DNA from: a virus
Lineage: Duplodnaviria; Heunggongvirae; Uroviricota; Caudoviricetes
Strand: one strand, 5' to 3'
Length of the DNA stretch: 19,748 nucleotides
Virus record (IMG/VR): IMGVR_UViG_647533161_000006
The translations under genes and the position numbers were made by a program. A model generated the notes under the pieces. That model ran no database searches. It saw only the letters and a list, made by a program, of their open reading frames with translations, and had not been told where the DNA came from. Position 1 is the first letter of the stretch. The number at the start of each line of letters is the position of its first letter. This document shows positions 1-7,642 of the stretch, piece by piece.

Positions 1-1143
1 CTATGCTGTTTTGATATCTACGATAACCCAGTCTTTACCACGATCATCATTGTATCGGTCGGTCATTTTTCTGGATTTATGGCCTAACAACTTTTGCGTA
101 TCCAGACCCTGTTCCCGATATAACCGTTCTGACAGAGATCGCTGCTCATGAAATGTGGGCGCAGTTCCTTGCTCCCATTTTATGCCACATTTTTCCCTGG
201 CCTTTTTAAAAGCCGTTGTCAGAGTATTTGCAGAAACCTGGTCTCCTCTGTTTGCTTGAGAGGTAGTGTGACGGTAATGGACCAGATATTTACTAACAAC
301 AGCATCCCTGCACTGAGATATAACTTCACGAAGGGTAATATTCAGAGCATCGCATTTCAGGTTAAGCGGAATAGCAAGTTTTGAACCGGTTTTTTCCTGA
401 GTAATGTGCAACATGTCGTCCCAGATATCAGAGAATTTCAAATTGCAGATATCACCTAAACGTTGTCCAGTAACAAGAGCAAGTAGCATGCCGCATTTTA
501 AATAGGGCTGCCGTCTGCTTACGCTTTCAAATATTGCCTGCCATTCGGGCAGTGACAATCTTTGGCGGTTTACTCGATTTCGCGGTTGTTTTGTTGCCTG
601 CGCTGGGTTAAATCCTGGCGGAACATGTCCTGCGTGTTGTGCTTCTTTGAAGACGTCGATCAACACCATTCTCACGACTTGCGCCATCCTGTTATGACCT
701 TCAGCCTTTACAGCATCAATTATTTCGGCAATATCAAGTGCGGTAATATCCTTGAGGTGTTGCATTCCACAATGCTCACGGAAAAGACGAATGGGTTTGC
801 CTTTTTGCCGATAGGAGTTGGGTCTTAGTTCATTATGTTGCAGCCTGTCCTCCTGGATAGAAATATATTTATCAAGCCATTCTGTCACCGTAATTTCTGA
901 GCGCCTGCCTTTCATTCTTTCCAGACGCTCATTGACGCTTAATATTTGTCGGGTACGTTGTTCAGCAATAATGGTATTTGCTTCAGTAGCAACTTGTTTT
1001 GCTTCATTCTCATCAGTTCCTAAGCTATGAAAACGACCGGATAGTGGATGTTTGTATTGCCAATATACCTTTCCGGTTCGCTTATCTAATTTGCAATATA
1101 AATTGGGTATAGAGATTTTGTGAGATCGGGGTCTAGCAGCCAT
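1..1143 (-). CDS. int: Phage tyrosine integrase, 380 aa
   Basis: Full minus-strand ORF with stop at 1-3 and ATG at 1143-1141. C-terminal HKSRKMTDRY matches the H-x-x-R...Y catalytic signature of tyrosine recombinases. Start overlaps the upstream xis stop, the usual xis-int arrangement. Not lambda Int itself (different length and sequence). Confidence 0.9.
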   Translation of the reverse strand: MAARPRSHKISIPNLYCKLDKRTGKVYWQYKHPLSGRFHSLGTDENEAKQVATEANTIIAEQRTRQILSVNERLERMKGRRSEITVTEWLDKYISIQEDRLQHNELRPNSYRQKGKPIRLFREHCGMQHLKDITALDIAEIIDAVKAEGHNRMAQVVRMVLIDVFKEAQHAGHVPPGFNPAQATKQPRNRVNRQRLSLPEWQAIFESVSRRQPYLKCGMLLALVTGQRLGDICNLKFSDIWDDMLHITQEKTGSKLAIPLNLKCDALNITLREVISQCRDAVVSKYLVHYRHTTSQANRGDQVSANTLTTAFKKAREKCGIKWEQGTAPTFHEQRSLSERLYREQGLDTQKLLGHKSRKMTDRYNDDRGKDWVIVDIKTA

Positions 1144-1369
1144 CAGCGATTATCCGTTGGAGTTTTGGGTTTGCGTTTATTGGGAGTTGCGGTTCTGCAA
1201 GCGTTCCTACAAAACGGGAATTTCGGTCAATCATCCAGTAGCGACCAACTTTTATAGCGGGTGGGGCCATCATTTTCCCTTGCGCGTATTTTTTCAGAAC
1301 TCGCTCACTTGGTGCTAAGTCCCCAAATTCTTCTTTAGCCCAGTCCTGTAAAGTGATTAGTCGAGACAT
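1133..1369 (-). CDS. xis: Excisionase-like small protein, 78 aa
   Basis: Small ORF immediately upstream of and overlapping int. ATG at 1369-1367 is preceded by a strong GAGGAGG Shine-Dalgarno on the coding strand. Function assigned by position and size. Confidence 0.7.
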   Translation of the reverse strand: MSRLITLQDWAKEEFGDLAPSERVLKKYAQGKMMAPPAIKVGRYWMIDRNSRFVGTLAEPQLPINANPKLQRIIADGC

Positions 1370-1508
1370 TTGTCCTCCTCTTAGCTGCTGAGGGAGTTTG
1401 TGACCGATATATCTGACATGATATTAAGCTCATGGCAGGTACATCTCTTGACTGGTCATAGAGATAAATTTAATGCTGAGAAATGCAGTATTGAATTTAT
1501 CAATTTTT

Positions 1509-1748
1509 CTATTTCCTGCGTATGGCACGTAACTTCTTAATGTGTTCTGCCGTTTCGATCTCTTCTGCTATCCGATCTGCATCAGCTTTATTCACAGGTT
1601 CAAAGTCATGATTAAAGCGGAACATGCTGGCGATACATGTTCTGCCTTTTCGGATGTAGTGAACTTTGTTGTAGGTAGAACGCAGGATTTTGCAGGGAGT
1701 GCCGTGGTGGTCGACGTACCAGGTGTTAGGAAAAATGATTCTGAGCAT
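1509..1748 (-). CDS. Hypothetical early-left (b-region) protein, 79 aa
   Basis: ATG-initiated ORF co-oriented with the pL operon; no family recognised from the translation. Confidence 0.45.
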   Translation of the reverse strand: MLRIIFPNTWYVDHHGTPCKILRSTYNKVHYIRKGRTCIASMFRFNHDFEPVNKADADRIAEEIETAEHIKKLRAIRRK

Positions 1749-1795
1749 TTTTACACCTCAGTTGGACGATGTTGAAATTTGCTGCTTTGAGGCCA

Positions 1796-2014
1796 TCACA
1801 ATCCCCATTGTTTGTTCTTAAGTTCGATCTCCTCCTGGCAACTTGCACAAGTCCGACAACCCTGAACGACCAGGCGTCTTCGCTCATCTATCGGATCGCC
1901 ACACTCACAACAATGAGTGGCAGATACAGTCTGGTAGTTCAGACGACGCATTTTTATTGCTGTATTGCGCTGTAATTCTTCGATTTCTGATGCTGAATCA
2001 ATGATGTCTGCCAT
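1796..2014 (-). CDS. TraR/DksA-family C4 zinc-finger protein, 72 aa
   Basis: Translation contains CxxC...(17)...CxxC (CCECGDPIDERRRLVVQGCRTCASC), typical of TraR/DksA-type zinc fingers that bind the RNA polymerase secondary channel. Size and position match TraR-like genes of lambdoid phages. Confidence 0.75.
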   Translation of the reverse strand: MADIIDSASEIEELQRNTAIKMRRLNYQTVSATHCCECGDPIDERRRLVVQGCRTCASCQEEIELKNKQWGL

Positions 2015-2063
2015 CTTCCATTAATCCCTGAATTGTTGGTTAATACGCTTGAGGGTGAATGCG

Positions 2064-2091
2064 AATAATAAAAAAGGAGCCTGTAGCTCCC
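2064..2091 (-). terminator. Intrinsic terminator-like hairpin on the minus strand
   Basis: Minus strand reads GGAGCTACAGGCTCC (5-bp stem) followed by TTTTTTATTATT; lies between the 93-aa ORF and the TraR-like gene. Confidence 0.45.
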
Positions 2092-2112
2092 TGATGATTT
2101 TGCTTTTCATGT

Positions 2113-2394
2113 TCATCGCTCCTTAAAGACGCCGTTTAACATGCCGATCGCCAGGCTTAAATGAGTCGGTGTGAATCCCATCAGCGTTACCGTTTCGCGG
2201 TGCTTCTTCAGTACGCTACGGCAAATGTCATCGACGTTTTTATCCGGAAACTGCTGTCTGGCTTTTTTGATTTCAGAGTTAGCTTGACGGGCAATGCTGC
2301 GAAGGGCGTTTTTCTGCTGAGGTGTCACTGAACAAGCCCCATGCCGGAAAGCATAAGCACACAGAATATGAAGCCCGCCGCCAGAAAAATGCAT
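2113..2394 (-). CDS. Hypothetical early-left protein (about 93 aa from ATG at 2394; ORF extends to a TTG at 2412)
   Basis: Open frame co-oriented with neighbours; start uncertain (no clear SD for either candidate); no recognised domain. Confidence 0.4.
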   Translation of the reverse strand: MHFSGGGLHILCAYAFRHGACSVTPQQKNALRSIARQANSEIKKARQQFPDKNVDDICRSVLKKHRETVTLMGFTPTHLSLAIGMLNGVFKER

Positions 2395-2404
2395 TCTGTT
2401 GTTG

Positions 2405-2596
2405 TCATGCAAGCTCTCTCTCGTTTGCCTCTGCTTTCGCCGCCATCATTTCCAGCTTTTGTGAAAGGGATGCGGCTAACGTATGAAATTCTTCGTCTGT
2501 TTCTGCTGGTATTGGCACAAACCTGACTCCAATTTGAGCAAGGCTATGTGCCATCTCAATGCTCGTTCTTAACTCAACAGGAGATGCTTTGTGCAT
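2405..2596 (-). CDS. Small early-left protein, 63 aa (lambda orf63-like position)
   Basis: ATG at 2596-2594 with a GAGGGG SD upstream; position and size match the small orfs that lie downstream of exo in lambda. Confidence 0.55.
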   Translation of the reverse strand: MHKASPVELRTSIEMAHSLAQIGVRFVPIPAETDEEFHTLAASLSQKLEMMAAKAEANERELA

Positions 2597-2751
2597 ACAG
2601 CCCCTCGTTTATTATTTATCTCCTCAGCCAGCCGCTGGGCTTTCAGTGGATTTTGGATAACAGAAAGGCCGGGAAATACCCAGCCTCGCTTTGTAACGGA
2701 GTAGACGAAAGTGATCGCGCCTACCCGGATATTATCGTGAGGATGCGTCAT
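2569..2751 (-). CDS. Small early-left protein, 60 aa (lambda orf60a-like)
   Basis: ATG at 2751-2749 overlaps the exo stop (2748-2750) in an ATGA arrangement, as for orf60a in lambda; the ORF-track entry extends 2 codons upstream. Confidence 0.55.
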   Translation of the reverse strand: MTHPHDNIRVGAITFVYSVTKRGWVFPGLSVIQNPLKAQRLAEEINNKRGAVCTKHLLLS

Positions 2752-3357
2752 CGCCATTGCTCCCCAAATACAAAACCAATTTCAGCCAGTGCCTCGTCCA
2801 TTTTTTCGATGAACTCCGGCACCATCTCGTCAAAACTCGCCATGTACTTTTCATCCCGCTCAACCACGACATAATGCAGTCCTTCACGCTTCATACGCGG
2901 GTCATAGTTGGCAAAGTACCAGGCATCTTTTCGTGTCACCCACATGCTGTACTGCACCTGGGCCATGTAAGCCGACTTTATGGCCTCGAAACCACCGAGC
3001 CGGAACTTCATGAAATCCCGGGAGGTAAACGGGCATTTCAGCTCAAGGCCATTGCCGTCACTGCATAAACCATCGGGAGAGCAGGCGGTGCGCATACTTT
3101 CGTCGCGATAGATGATCGGGGATTCAGTAACATTCACGCCGGAAGTGAATTCAAACAGAGTTCTGGCGTCGTTCTCGTACTGTTTTCCCCAGGCCAGCGC
3201 CTTAGCATTAACTTCCGGAGCCACACCGGTGCAAACCTCAGCCAGCAGGGTGTGGAAGTAGGACATTTTCATGTCAGGCCACTTCTTTCCTGAGCGGGGC
3301 TTTGCTATCACGTTGTGAACTTGTGAAGCGGTGATGACGCCGAGCCGTAATTTGTGC
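2748..3357 (-). CDS. exo: Lambda exonuclease (Red alpha), C-terminal about 202 codons; 5' end lost in the N run
   Basis: Translation (…[41 protein letters not shown]…GFVFGEQWR) is near-identical to lambda Exo as I recall it. Stop at 2748-2750. Confidence 0.92.
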
Positions 3358-3926
3358 NNNNNNNNNNNNNNNNNNNNNNNNNNNNNNNNNNNNNNNNNNN
3401 NNNNNNNNNNNNNNNNNNNNNNNNNNNNNNNNNNNNNNNNNNNNNNNNNNNNNNNNNNNNNNNNNNNNNNNNNNNNNNNNNNNNNNNNNNNNNNNNNNNN
3501 NNNNNNNNNNNNNNNNNNNNNNNNNNNNNNNNNNNNNNNNNNNNNNNNNNNNNNNNNNNNNNNNNNNNNNNNNNNNNNNNNNNNNNNNNNNNNNNNNNNN
3601 NNNNNNNNNNNNNNNNNNNNNNNNNNNNNNNNNNNNNNNNNNNNNNNNNNNNNNNNNNNNNNNNNNNNNNNNNNNNNNNNNNNNNNNNNNNNNNNNNNNN
3701 NNNNNNNNNNNNNNNNNNNNNNNNNNNNNNNNNNNNNNNNNNNNNNNNNNNNNNNNNNNNNNNNNNNNNNNNNNNNNNNNNNNNNNNNNNNNNNNNNNNN
3801 NNNNNNNNNNNNNNNNNNNNNNNNNNNNNNNNNNNNNNNNNNNNNNNNNNNNNNNNNNNNNNNNNNNNNNNNNNNNNNNNNNNNNNNNNNNNNNNNNNNN
3901 NNNNNNNNNNNNNNNNNNNNNNNNNN
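3358..3926. other. Run of 569 N (assembly gap or masked sequence)
   Basis: Directly visible in the sequence; interrupts the 5' end of exo and most of bet. Confidence 1.
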
Positions 3927-4039
3927 CACCCTTTAAATGCCGTCTGGCGAAGAGTGGTGATCAGTTCCTGTGGGTCGACAGAATCCATGCCGACACGTTC
4001 AGCCAGCTTCCCTGCCAGCGTTGCGAGTGCTGTACTCAT
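3927..4039 (-). CDS. bet: Lambda Bet (Red beta) ssDNA-annealing protein, N-terminal 37 codons only; remainder in the N run
   Basis: ATG at 4039-4037; MSTALATLAGKLAERVGMDSVDPQELITTLRQTAFKG matches the lambda Bet N-terminus. Confidence 0.88.
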
Positions 4040-4044
4040 CCGTT

Positions 4045-4461
4045 TTATACCTCTGAATCAATATCAACCTGGTGGTGAGCAATGGTTTCAACCATGTACC
4101 GGATGTGTTCTGCCATGCGCTCCTGAAACTCAACATCGTCATCAAACGCACGGGTAATGGCTTTTTTGCTGGCCCCGTGGCGTTGCAAATGATCGATGCA
4201 TAGCGATTCAAACAGGTGCTGGGGCAGGCCTTTTTCCATGTCGTCTGCCAGTTCTGCCTCTTTCTCTTCACGGGCGATCTGCTGGTAGTGACGCGCCCAG
4301 CTCTGAGCCTCAAGACGATCCTGAATGTAATAAGCGTTCATGGCTGAACTCCTGAAATAGCTGTGAAAATATCGCCCGCGAAATGCCGGGCTGATTAGGA
4401 AAACAGGAAAGGGGGTTAGTGAATGCTTTTGCTTGATCTCAGTTTCAGTATTAATATCCAT
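4045..4461 (-). CDS. gam: Gam (RecBCD inhibitor), 138 aa
   Basis: Translation [61 protein letters not shown]… is near-identical to lambda Gam, including the internal Met used for the short GamS form. Confidence 0.93.
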   Translation of the reverse strand: MDINTETEIKQKHSLTPFPVFLISPAFRGRYFHSYFRSSAMNAYYIQDRLEAQSWARHYQQIAREEKEAELADDMEKGLPQHLFESLCIDHLQRHGASKKAITRAFDDDVEFQERMAEHIRYMVETIAHHQVDIDSEV

Positions 4462-4559
4462 TTTTTATAAGCGTCGACGGCCTCACGAAACATCTTTTCA
4501 TCGCCAATAAAAGTGGCGATAGTGAATTTAGTCTGGATAGCCATAAGTGTTTGATCCAT
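4416..4559 (-). CDS. kil: Kil (host cell-division inhibitor), 47 aa
   Basis: Internal ATG at 4559-4557 gives [47 protein letters not shown], matching lambda Kil; overlaps the gam start as in lambda. Confidence 0.8.
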   Translation of the reverse strand: MDQTLMAIQTKFTIATFIGDEKMFREAVDAYKKWILILKLRSSKSIH

Positions 4560-4692
4560 TTTTTGGGACTCCTGGCTGATTAAGTATGTCGATAAGGCGT
4601 TTCCATCCGTCACGTAATTTACGGGTGATTCGTTCAAGTAAAGATTCGGAAGGGCAGCCAGCAACAGGCCACCCTGCAATGGCATATTGCAT
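4528..4692 (-). CDS. cIII: CIII (FtsH/HflB inhibitor protecting CII), 54 aa
   Basis: ATG at 4692-4690 and an ending …NTYGYPD* were translated by hand (MQYAIAG…); overlaps kil in another frame as in lambda. Not in the ORF track because it is under 60 aa. Confidence 0.8.
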   Translation of the reverse strand: MQYAIAGWPVAGCPSESLLERITRKLRDGWKRLIDILNQPGVPKNGSNTYGYPD

Positions 4693-4764
4693 GGTGTGCT
4701 CCTTATTTATACATAACGAAAAACGCCTCGAGTGAAGCGTTATTGGTATGCGGTAACGCCGCGC

Positions 4765-5133
4765 TCAGGCGGCTTTGATAGTCATATCATCTGAATCAAA
4801 TATTCCTGATGTATCGATATCGGTAATTCTTATTCCTTCGCTACCATCCATTGGAGGCCATCCTTCCTGACCATTTCCATCATTCCAGTCGAACTCACAC
4901 ACAACACCATATGCATTTAAGTCGCTTGAAATTGCTATAAGCAGAGCATGTTGCGCCAGCATGATTAATACAGCATTTAATACAGAGCCGTGTTTATTGA
5001 GTCGGTATTCAGAGTCTGACCAGAAATTATTAATCTGGTGAAGTTTTTCCTCTGTCATTACGTCATGGTCGATTTCAATTTCTATTGATGCTTTCCAGTC
5101 GTAATCAATGATGTATTTTTTGATGTTTGACAT
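4765..5133 (-). CDS. ea10: Ea10 early protein, 122 aa
   Basis: Translation matches lambda Ea10 (MSNIKKYIIDYDWKASIEIEIDHDVMTEEKLHQINNFWSDSEY…). Confidence 0.8.
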   Translation of the reverse strand: MSNIKKYIIDYDWKASIEIEIDHDVMTEEKLHQINNFWSDSEYRLNKHGSVLNAVLIMLAQHALLIAISSDLNAYGVVCEFDWNDGNGQEGWPPMDGSEGIRITDIDTSGIFDSDDMTIKAA

Positions 5134-5150
5134 CTATTCATATCCTCACA

Positions 5151-5180
5151 GATAAAAAATCGCCCTCACATTGGAGGGCA
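5151..5180 (-). terminator. Intrinsic terminator on the minus strand (tL-type)
   Basis: Minus strand reads GCCCTC-CAATGT-GAGGGC followed by GATTTTTTATC; sits upstream of ea10 within the leftward operon, so it would be read through under N antitermination. Confidence 0.5.
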
Positions 5181-5393
5181 AAGAAGATTTCCAATAATCA
5201 GAACAAGTCGGCTCCTGTTTAGTTACGAGCGACATTGCTCAGTGTATTCACTCGTTGGAATGAATACACAGTGCAGTGTTTATTAGTATGCCTGTCTTTT
5301 AACCACATCAGGCTCGGTGGTTCTCGTGTACCCCTACAGCGAGAAATCGGATAAACTCTATTCACCCCTACAGAGAGCAAAAGAGAAACGCCG

Positions 5394-5975
5394 ATGAACA
5401 ACTCATGGTGGCAGGAACTAATGCATTTTTTCCTGCAAGGAATGACACTTAAACAGTTGATTCATATGCTAATCATCCTGATCATATTGATTATTGTTAT
5501 GCCTGTAAGCGTAAAAGAATGGATAAACCTGCATAATCCAGAAATCCTTCCTCATTACTGGATGTATTACATCCTGTTGTTTTGCGTTAGCTATGTGCTT
5601 AACGGCGTTGTTAATTCCGCTTATCACGCTGTGACTGTAAGAATTGAGATATTCGCTGCTCAGAAGCGCAAATCTAAAGAAGAGAAATACGTGCAAGATT
5701 TGTTTGATTCGTTAACTCTTGGAGAAAGAGCGTATTTGGCATTCGCTGTAGCCGCTAATAACCAGCTAAAGACAGAAAAGGGAAGCCCTGAAGCAATCTC
5801 ATTGCTCGAAAAAGGGCTTCTTATTCGGGTACCTTCTGCTACTGGATATCCTGAAATCGACCGTTTTGTTATCCCGGAACGCTATAGAAATGAGTGCTAC
5901 ATTAGGTTTGCTGGGAAGAAAGACAGTCTTATGGATGAACTTATCGCTCAGGATAAGCATGGCAAAAACAAGTAA
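5394..5975 (+). CDS. sieB: Superinfection exclusion protein B (SieB)-like inner-membrane protein, 193 aa as drawn
   Basis: Plus-strand ORF convergent with N, with a strongly hydrophobic N-terminal region (LIHMLIILIILIIVMPVSV…YWMYYILLFCVSYVLNGVV); recognised as SieB-like from memory of lambda SieB. The true start may be an internal Met. Confidence 0.7.
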   Translation: MNNSWWQELMHFFLQGMTLKQLIHMLIILIILIIVMPVSVKEWINLHNPEILPHYWMYYILLFCVSYVLNGVVNSAYHAVTVRIEIFAAQKRKSKEEKYVQDLFDSLTLGERAYLAFAVAANNQLKTEKGSPEAISLLEKGLLIRVPSATGYPEIDRFVIPERYRNECYIRFAGKKDSLMDELIAQDKHGKNK

Positions 5976-5991
5976 TTAGCAAATGAATTTA

Positions 5992-6300
5992 TCATCTCGC
6001 CGTCAGTTGTTTTGATTTCCGGTAGCCTGCCGCGTAAATAGCTACGTTTGGCAGGCAAACACTTCCACTGCATTCATCTACTTTCTTGCAGCGAAGGCTT
6101 CCGAGTGATATTGCTTTTTCAGAAAGGCTTAACCGCTTTCTCGGGTCTTCCTGAACAGGTTCCTCACTGTCTGTGCCGAAGATCGAATCGATGATGTTGC
6201 AGATGGAATCACGCTCGATGGCCAGCTTTCTGCGCCGCTCATGACGGCGAGTTTTGGCATTTCCTGCAAATGTTGATTTTCCGTACACGATTACCGTCAT
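5992..6300 (-). CDS. N: N-type transcription antiterminator, P22 gene 24-like, 102 aa from ATG at 6300
   Basis: Arginine-rich motif GNAKTRRHERRRKLAIER near the N-terminus (MTVIVYGKSTFAGNAKTRRHERRRKLAIERD…) matches the P22-type N ARM. The ORF-track entry starts 28 codons upstream at a non-ATG start. Confidence 0.82.
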   Translation of the reverse strand: MTVIVYGKSTFAGNAKTRRHERRRKLAIERDSICNIIDSIFGTDSEEPVQEDPRKRLSLSEKAISLGSLRCKKVDECSGSVCLPNVAIYAAGYRKSKQLTAR

Positions 6301-6418
6301 GATGTTTTCCTCATGTGAAATGGCTTTGGTGGTGATGCGCCAGATGCTGATCTTCTGGTTGCTGTCGTTACTGCTGCAATTCACATCACCCCAAACCCAT
6401 CTCGTTTGGTATCTGTTC

Positions 6419-6453
6419 GCGCTTTGTCAGCGCATCATCGAAGTTAAAGAGCC
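6419..6453 (-). promoter_or_regulatory. nutL: nutL (boxA plus boxB), P22 type
   Basis: Minus strand reads GGCTCTTTAAC (boxA-like) then GCGCTGACAAAGCGC (boxB hairpin, from 6419-6433), the P22-type nutL boxB, about 120 nt upstream of the N start. Confidence 0.72.
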
Positions 6454-6489
6454 TGCCAATCTGTTCCGTTTGGCTGCCAGCGTCCTGCT

Positions 6490-6545
6490 GATGGCGATTA
6501 TAATGAACCAATAGTTCGATATTATCAAGAACTATAAGTACGAAT
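6490..6545 (-). promoter_or_regulatory. Putative pL promoter and oL operator region
   Basis: Minus strand carries TATAAT (plus 6497-6502) and a TTGATA -35-like hexamer (plus 6523-6528) at a non-ideal spacing. Partial dyads (GAACTATAAGTAC, GAACCAATAGTTC) share the AGTAC/ACT..AGT motif seen in the cI-cro operator region. Exact operators not resolved. Confidence 0.35.
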
Positions 6546-6710
6546 TGTTTGTGGTTCATTAACTTAATGAGATATGTTTTTGATATGTAAAGGAATTTAT
6601 TTTTGTAAAGATTGAAGATTGGTCAGTAGGAGAGAAAGAATTGTTTGCTGGCGTGTTAGTTCGTGGGTTAGCACATGTGCGGATGTTAAATAAGGTAGAC
6701 GATCGTGAGG

Positions 6711-6736
6711 AAAAGAAAAACCGGCGCTGAGGCCGG
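6711..6736 (-). terminator. Intrinsic terminator closing the cI/gene-X transcription unit
   Basis: Minus strand reads CCGGCC-TCAGCG-CCGG (GC-rich hairpin) followed by TTTTTCTTTT, a few nt after the gene-X stop codon (6743-6745) and before the putative pL. Confidence 0.55.
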
Positions 6737-6742
6737 GTATAA

Positions 6743-7642
6743 TTATTTGATTATTTCTTTTATAAAGACTTCTTTCGGTTGGTATTTTTTATCTGATGAT
6801 TTGAGCTGGTACGTTATTGTTATATCAGCACGTACAGAAAATTTACCTGCAAAATCTGATGGGTTTACGTTGGGGCCAAGAACCATATTTACTCTTCGAT
6901 CTATTAATCCAGGGATAACAGCAGCCCAACCTTTCTCTGGATTGTCGAGGTCTAATGCACGGATTTCAACATCAACATCAAAATGATCCTGAGTATATGA
7001 CTCTGGTGTGAAGACAACTTCAGTTGGGGCTTTTTTAATGGTTTCAGCGGGAATGGTCACTGTACCACCCCCTGTACCTATGACCATCGTAGATCCTTCG
7101 TCTGCCCTAGCTGGGGCAAGCGTCTTAATGGAACTTTTGGCAAGAGTCTTCTTATTGGTTACCGTGCTTTCTATGATTGCTTGAAGACGGTCAGGTGAAA
7201 TATTAGCCTCACCGGCACCAATATTGATGATTGTATTGTTATTTGCTTCAAAGTGGGAGGTGTTGCTTGGAGCCATAGCCTTAGTTGCTAGAACTAAGCC
7301 ATATCCAACCAGACCAATAACAACAGCACCAACGAGAGCGTTTCTCATTTTCCCATTTCCGATCTTTGCATGAGCGCCAGCAAGAAACTTGTCCATTTCT
7401 TCTTGGCTACCAAAGAGGAGTTTAATAACAATATCTTCATAAAGGCTTCCTGCTTCTAATCGCGCAACATGCACCGATATATCAAGGATATTAGCCCCTG
7501 TCAGTTCCTGCAAAACACCTTCTGATTGTTTTGCGATGGCCTCCCACCCTTGAAGGGAGGTAATCACATCTTTGATGCTTACAGGTTCTTTAGTTGAATA
7601 ATATATGTTTTCGGTAAAGGTTAAAGATAATTCTTGGGACAT
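6743..7642 (-). CDS. Uncharacterised single-pass membrane protein, 299 aa, in the rexAB-equivalent slot
   Basis: Long ATG-initiated ORF (ATG 7642-7640) with a GAGGG SD upstream, co-oriented with and downstream of cI. One hydrophobic segment (NALVGAVVIGLVGYGLVLATKAMA) separates an N-terminal ~100-aa domain from a Gly/Thr-rich ~175-aa C-terminal domain. Visibly AT-rich compared with flanking phage genes; no family recognised. Confidence 0.7.
   Translation of the reverse strand: MSQELSLTFTENIYYSTKEPVSIKDVITSLQGWEAIAKQSEGVLQELTGANILDISVHVARLEAGSLYEDIVIKLLFGSQEEMDKFLAGAHAKIGNGKMRNALVGAVVIGLVGYGLVLATKAMAPSNTSHFEANNNTIINIGAGEANISPDRLQAIIESTVTNKKTLAKSSIKTLAPARADEGSTMVIGTGGGTVTIPAETIKKAPTEVVFTPESYTQDHFDVDVEIRALDLDNPEKGWAAVIPGLIDRRVNMVLGPNVNPSDFAGKFSVRADITITYQLKSSDKKYQPKEVFIKEIIK

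Noticed and set aside
148-1030. Three plus-strand ORFs (148..384, 562..828, 818..1030) inside the integrase gene
   Set aside because: Antisense to a clearly recognisable integrase, with no SD and low-complexity, Cys-rich translations typical of spurious antisense frames.
1542-1975. Plus-strand ORFs 1542..1775 and 1769..1975
   Set aside because: Antisense to the 79-aa ORF and the TraR-like zinc-finger gene; the zinc-finger motif supports the minus-strand reading.
2757-3068. Plus-strand 103-aa ORF
   Set aside because: Antisense to exo, whose identity is secure from near-identity to lambda Exo.
3308-4157. ORFs 3308..4039 (-), 3331..3936 (+) and 3354..4157 (+) consisting mostly of X
   Set aside because: Artefacts of translating through the N run; only the bet N-terminus (3927..4039, minus) is real sequence.
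3999-4313. Minus-strand 104-aa ORF overlapping gam in another frame
   Set aside because: gam is unambiguous in its own frame; the alternate frame is Arg/Thr-rich and has no start context.
4416-4685. 89-aa extended reading of the kil frame
   Set aside because: The upstream extension runs through cIII in a different frame; kil starts at the internal ATG 4559 as in lambda.
4706-4740. Hairpin AACGC…GCGTT with a short T-rich tail on the minus strand upstream of cIII
   Set aside because: Stem is short and the U-tract weak; the sequence looks like the conserved lambda cIII leader, so I did not call a terminator.
5219-5401. 60-aa minus-strand ORF in the ral position
   Set aside because: No resemblance to Ral, no SD, overlaps the sieB start and spans the inverted repeat; treated as noncoding (see finding).
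5469-5696. Minus-strand 75-aa ORF
   Set aside because: Antisense to the sieB-like gene; an AT-rich frame lacking start context.
6254-6514. Plus-strand 86-aa ORF across the N start and nutL
   Set aside because: Antisense to N and the nut site, which are better explained as leader/regulatory RNA.
6705-6986. Plus-strand 93-aa ORF overlapping the 3' end of the rex-slot gene
   Set aside because: Antisense to the much longer, SD-preceded minus-strand ORF and begins inside the terminator hairpin.
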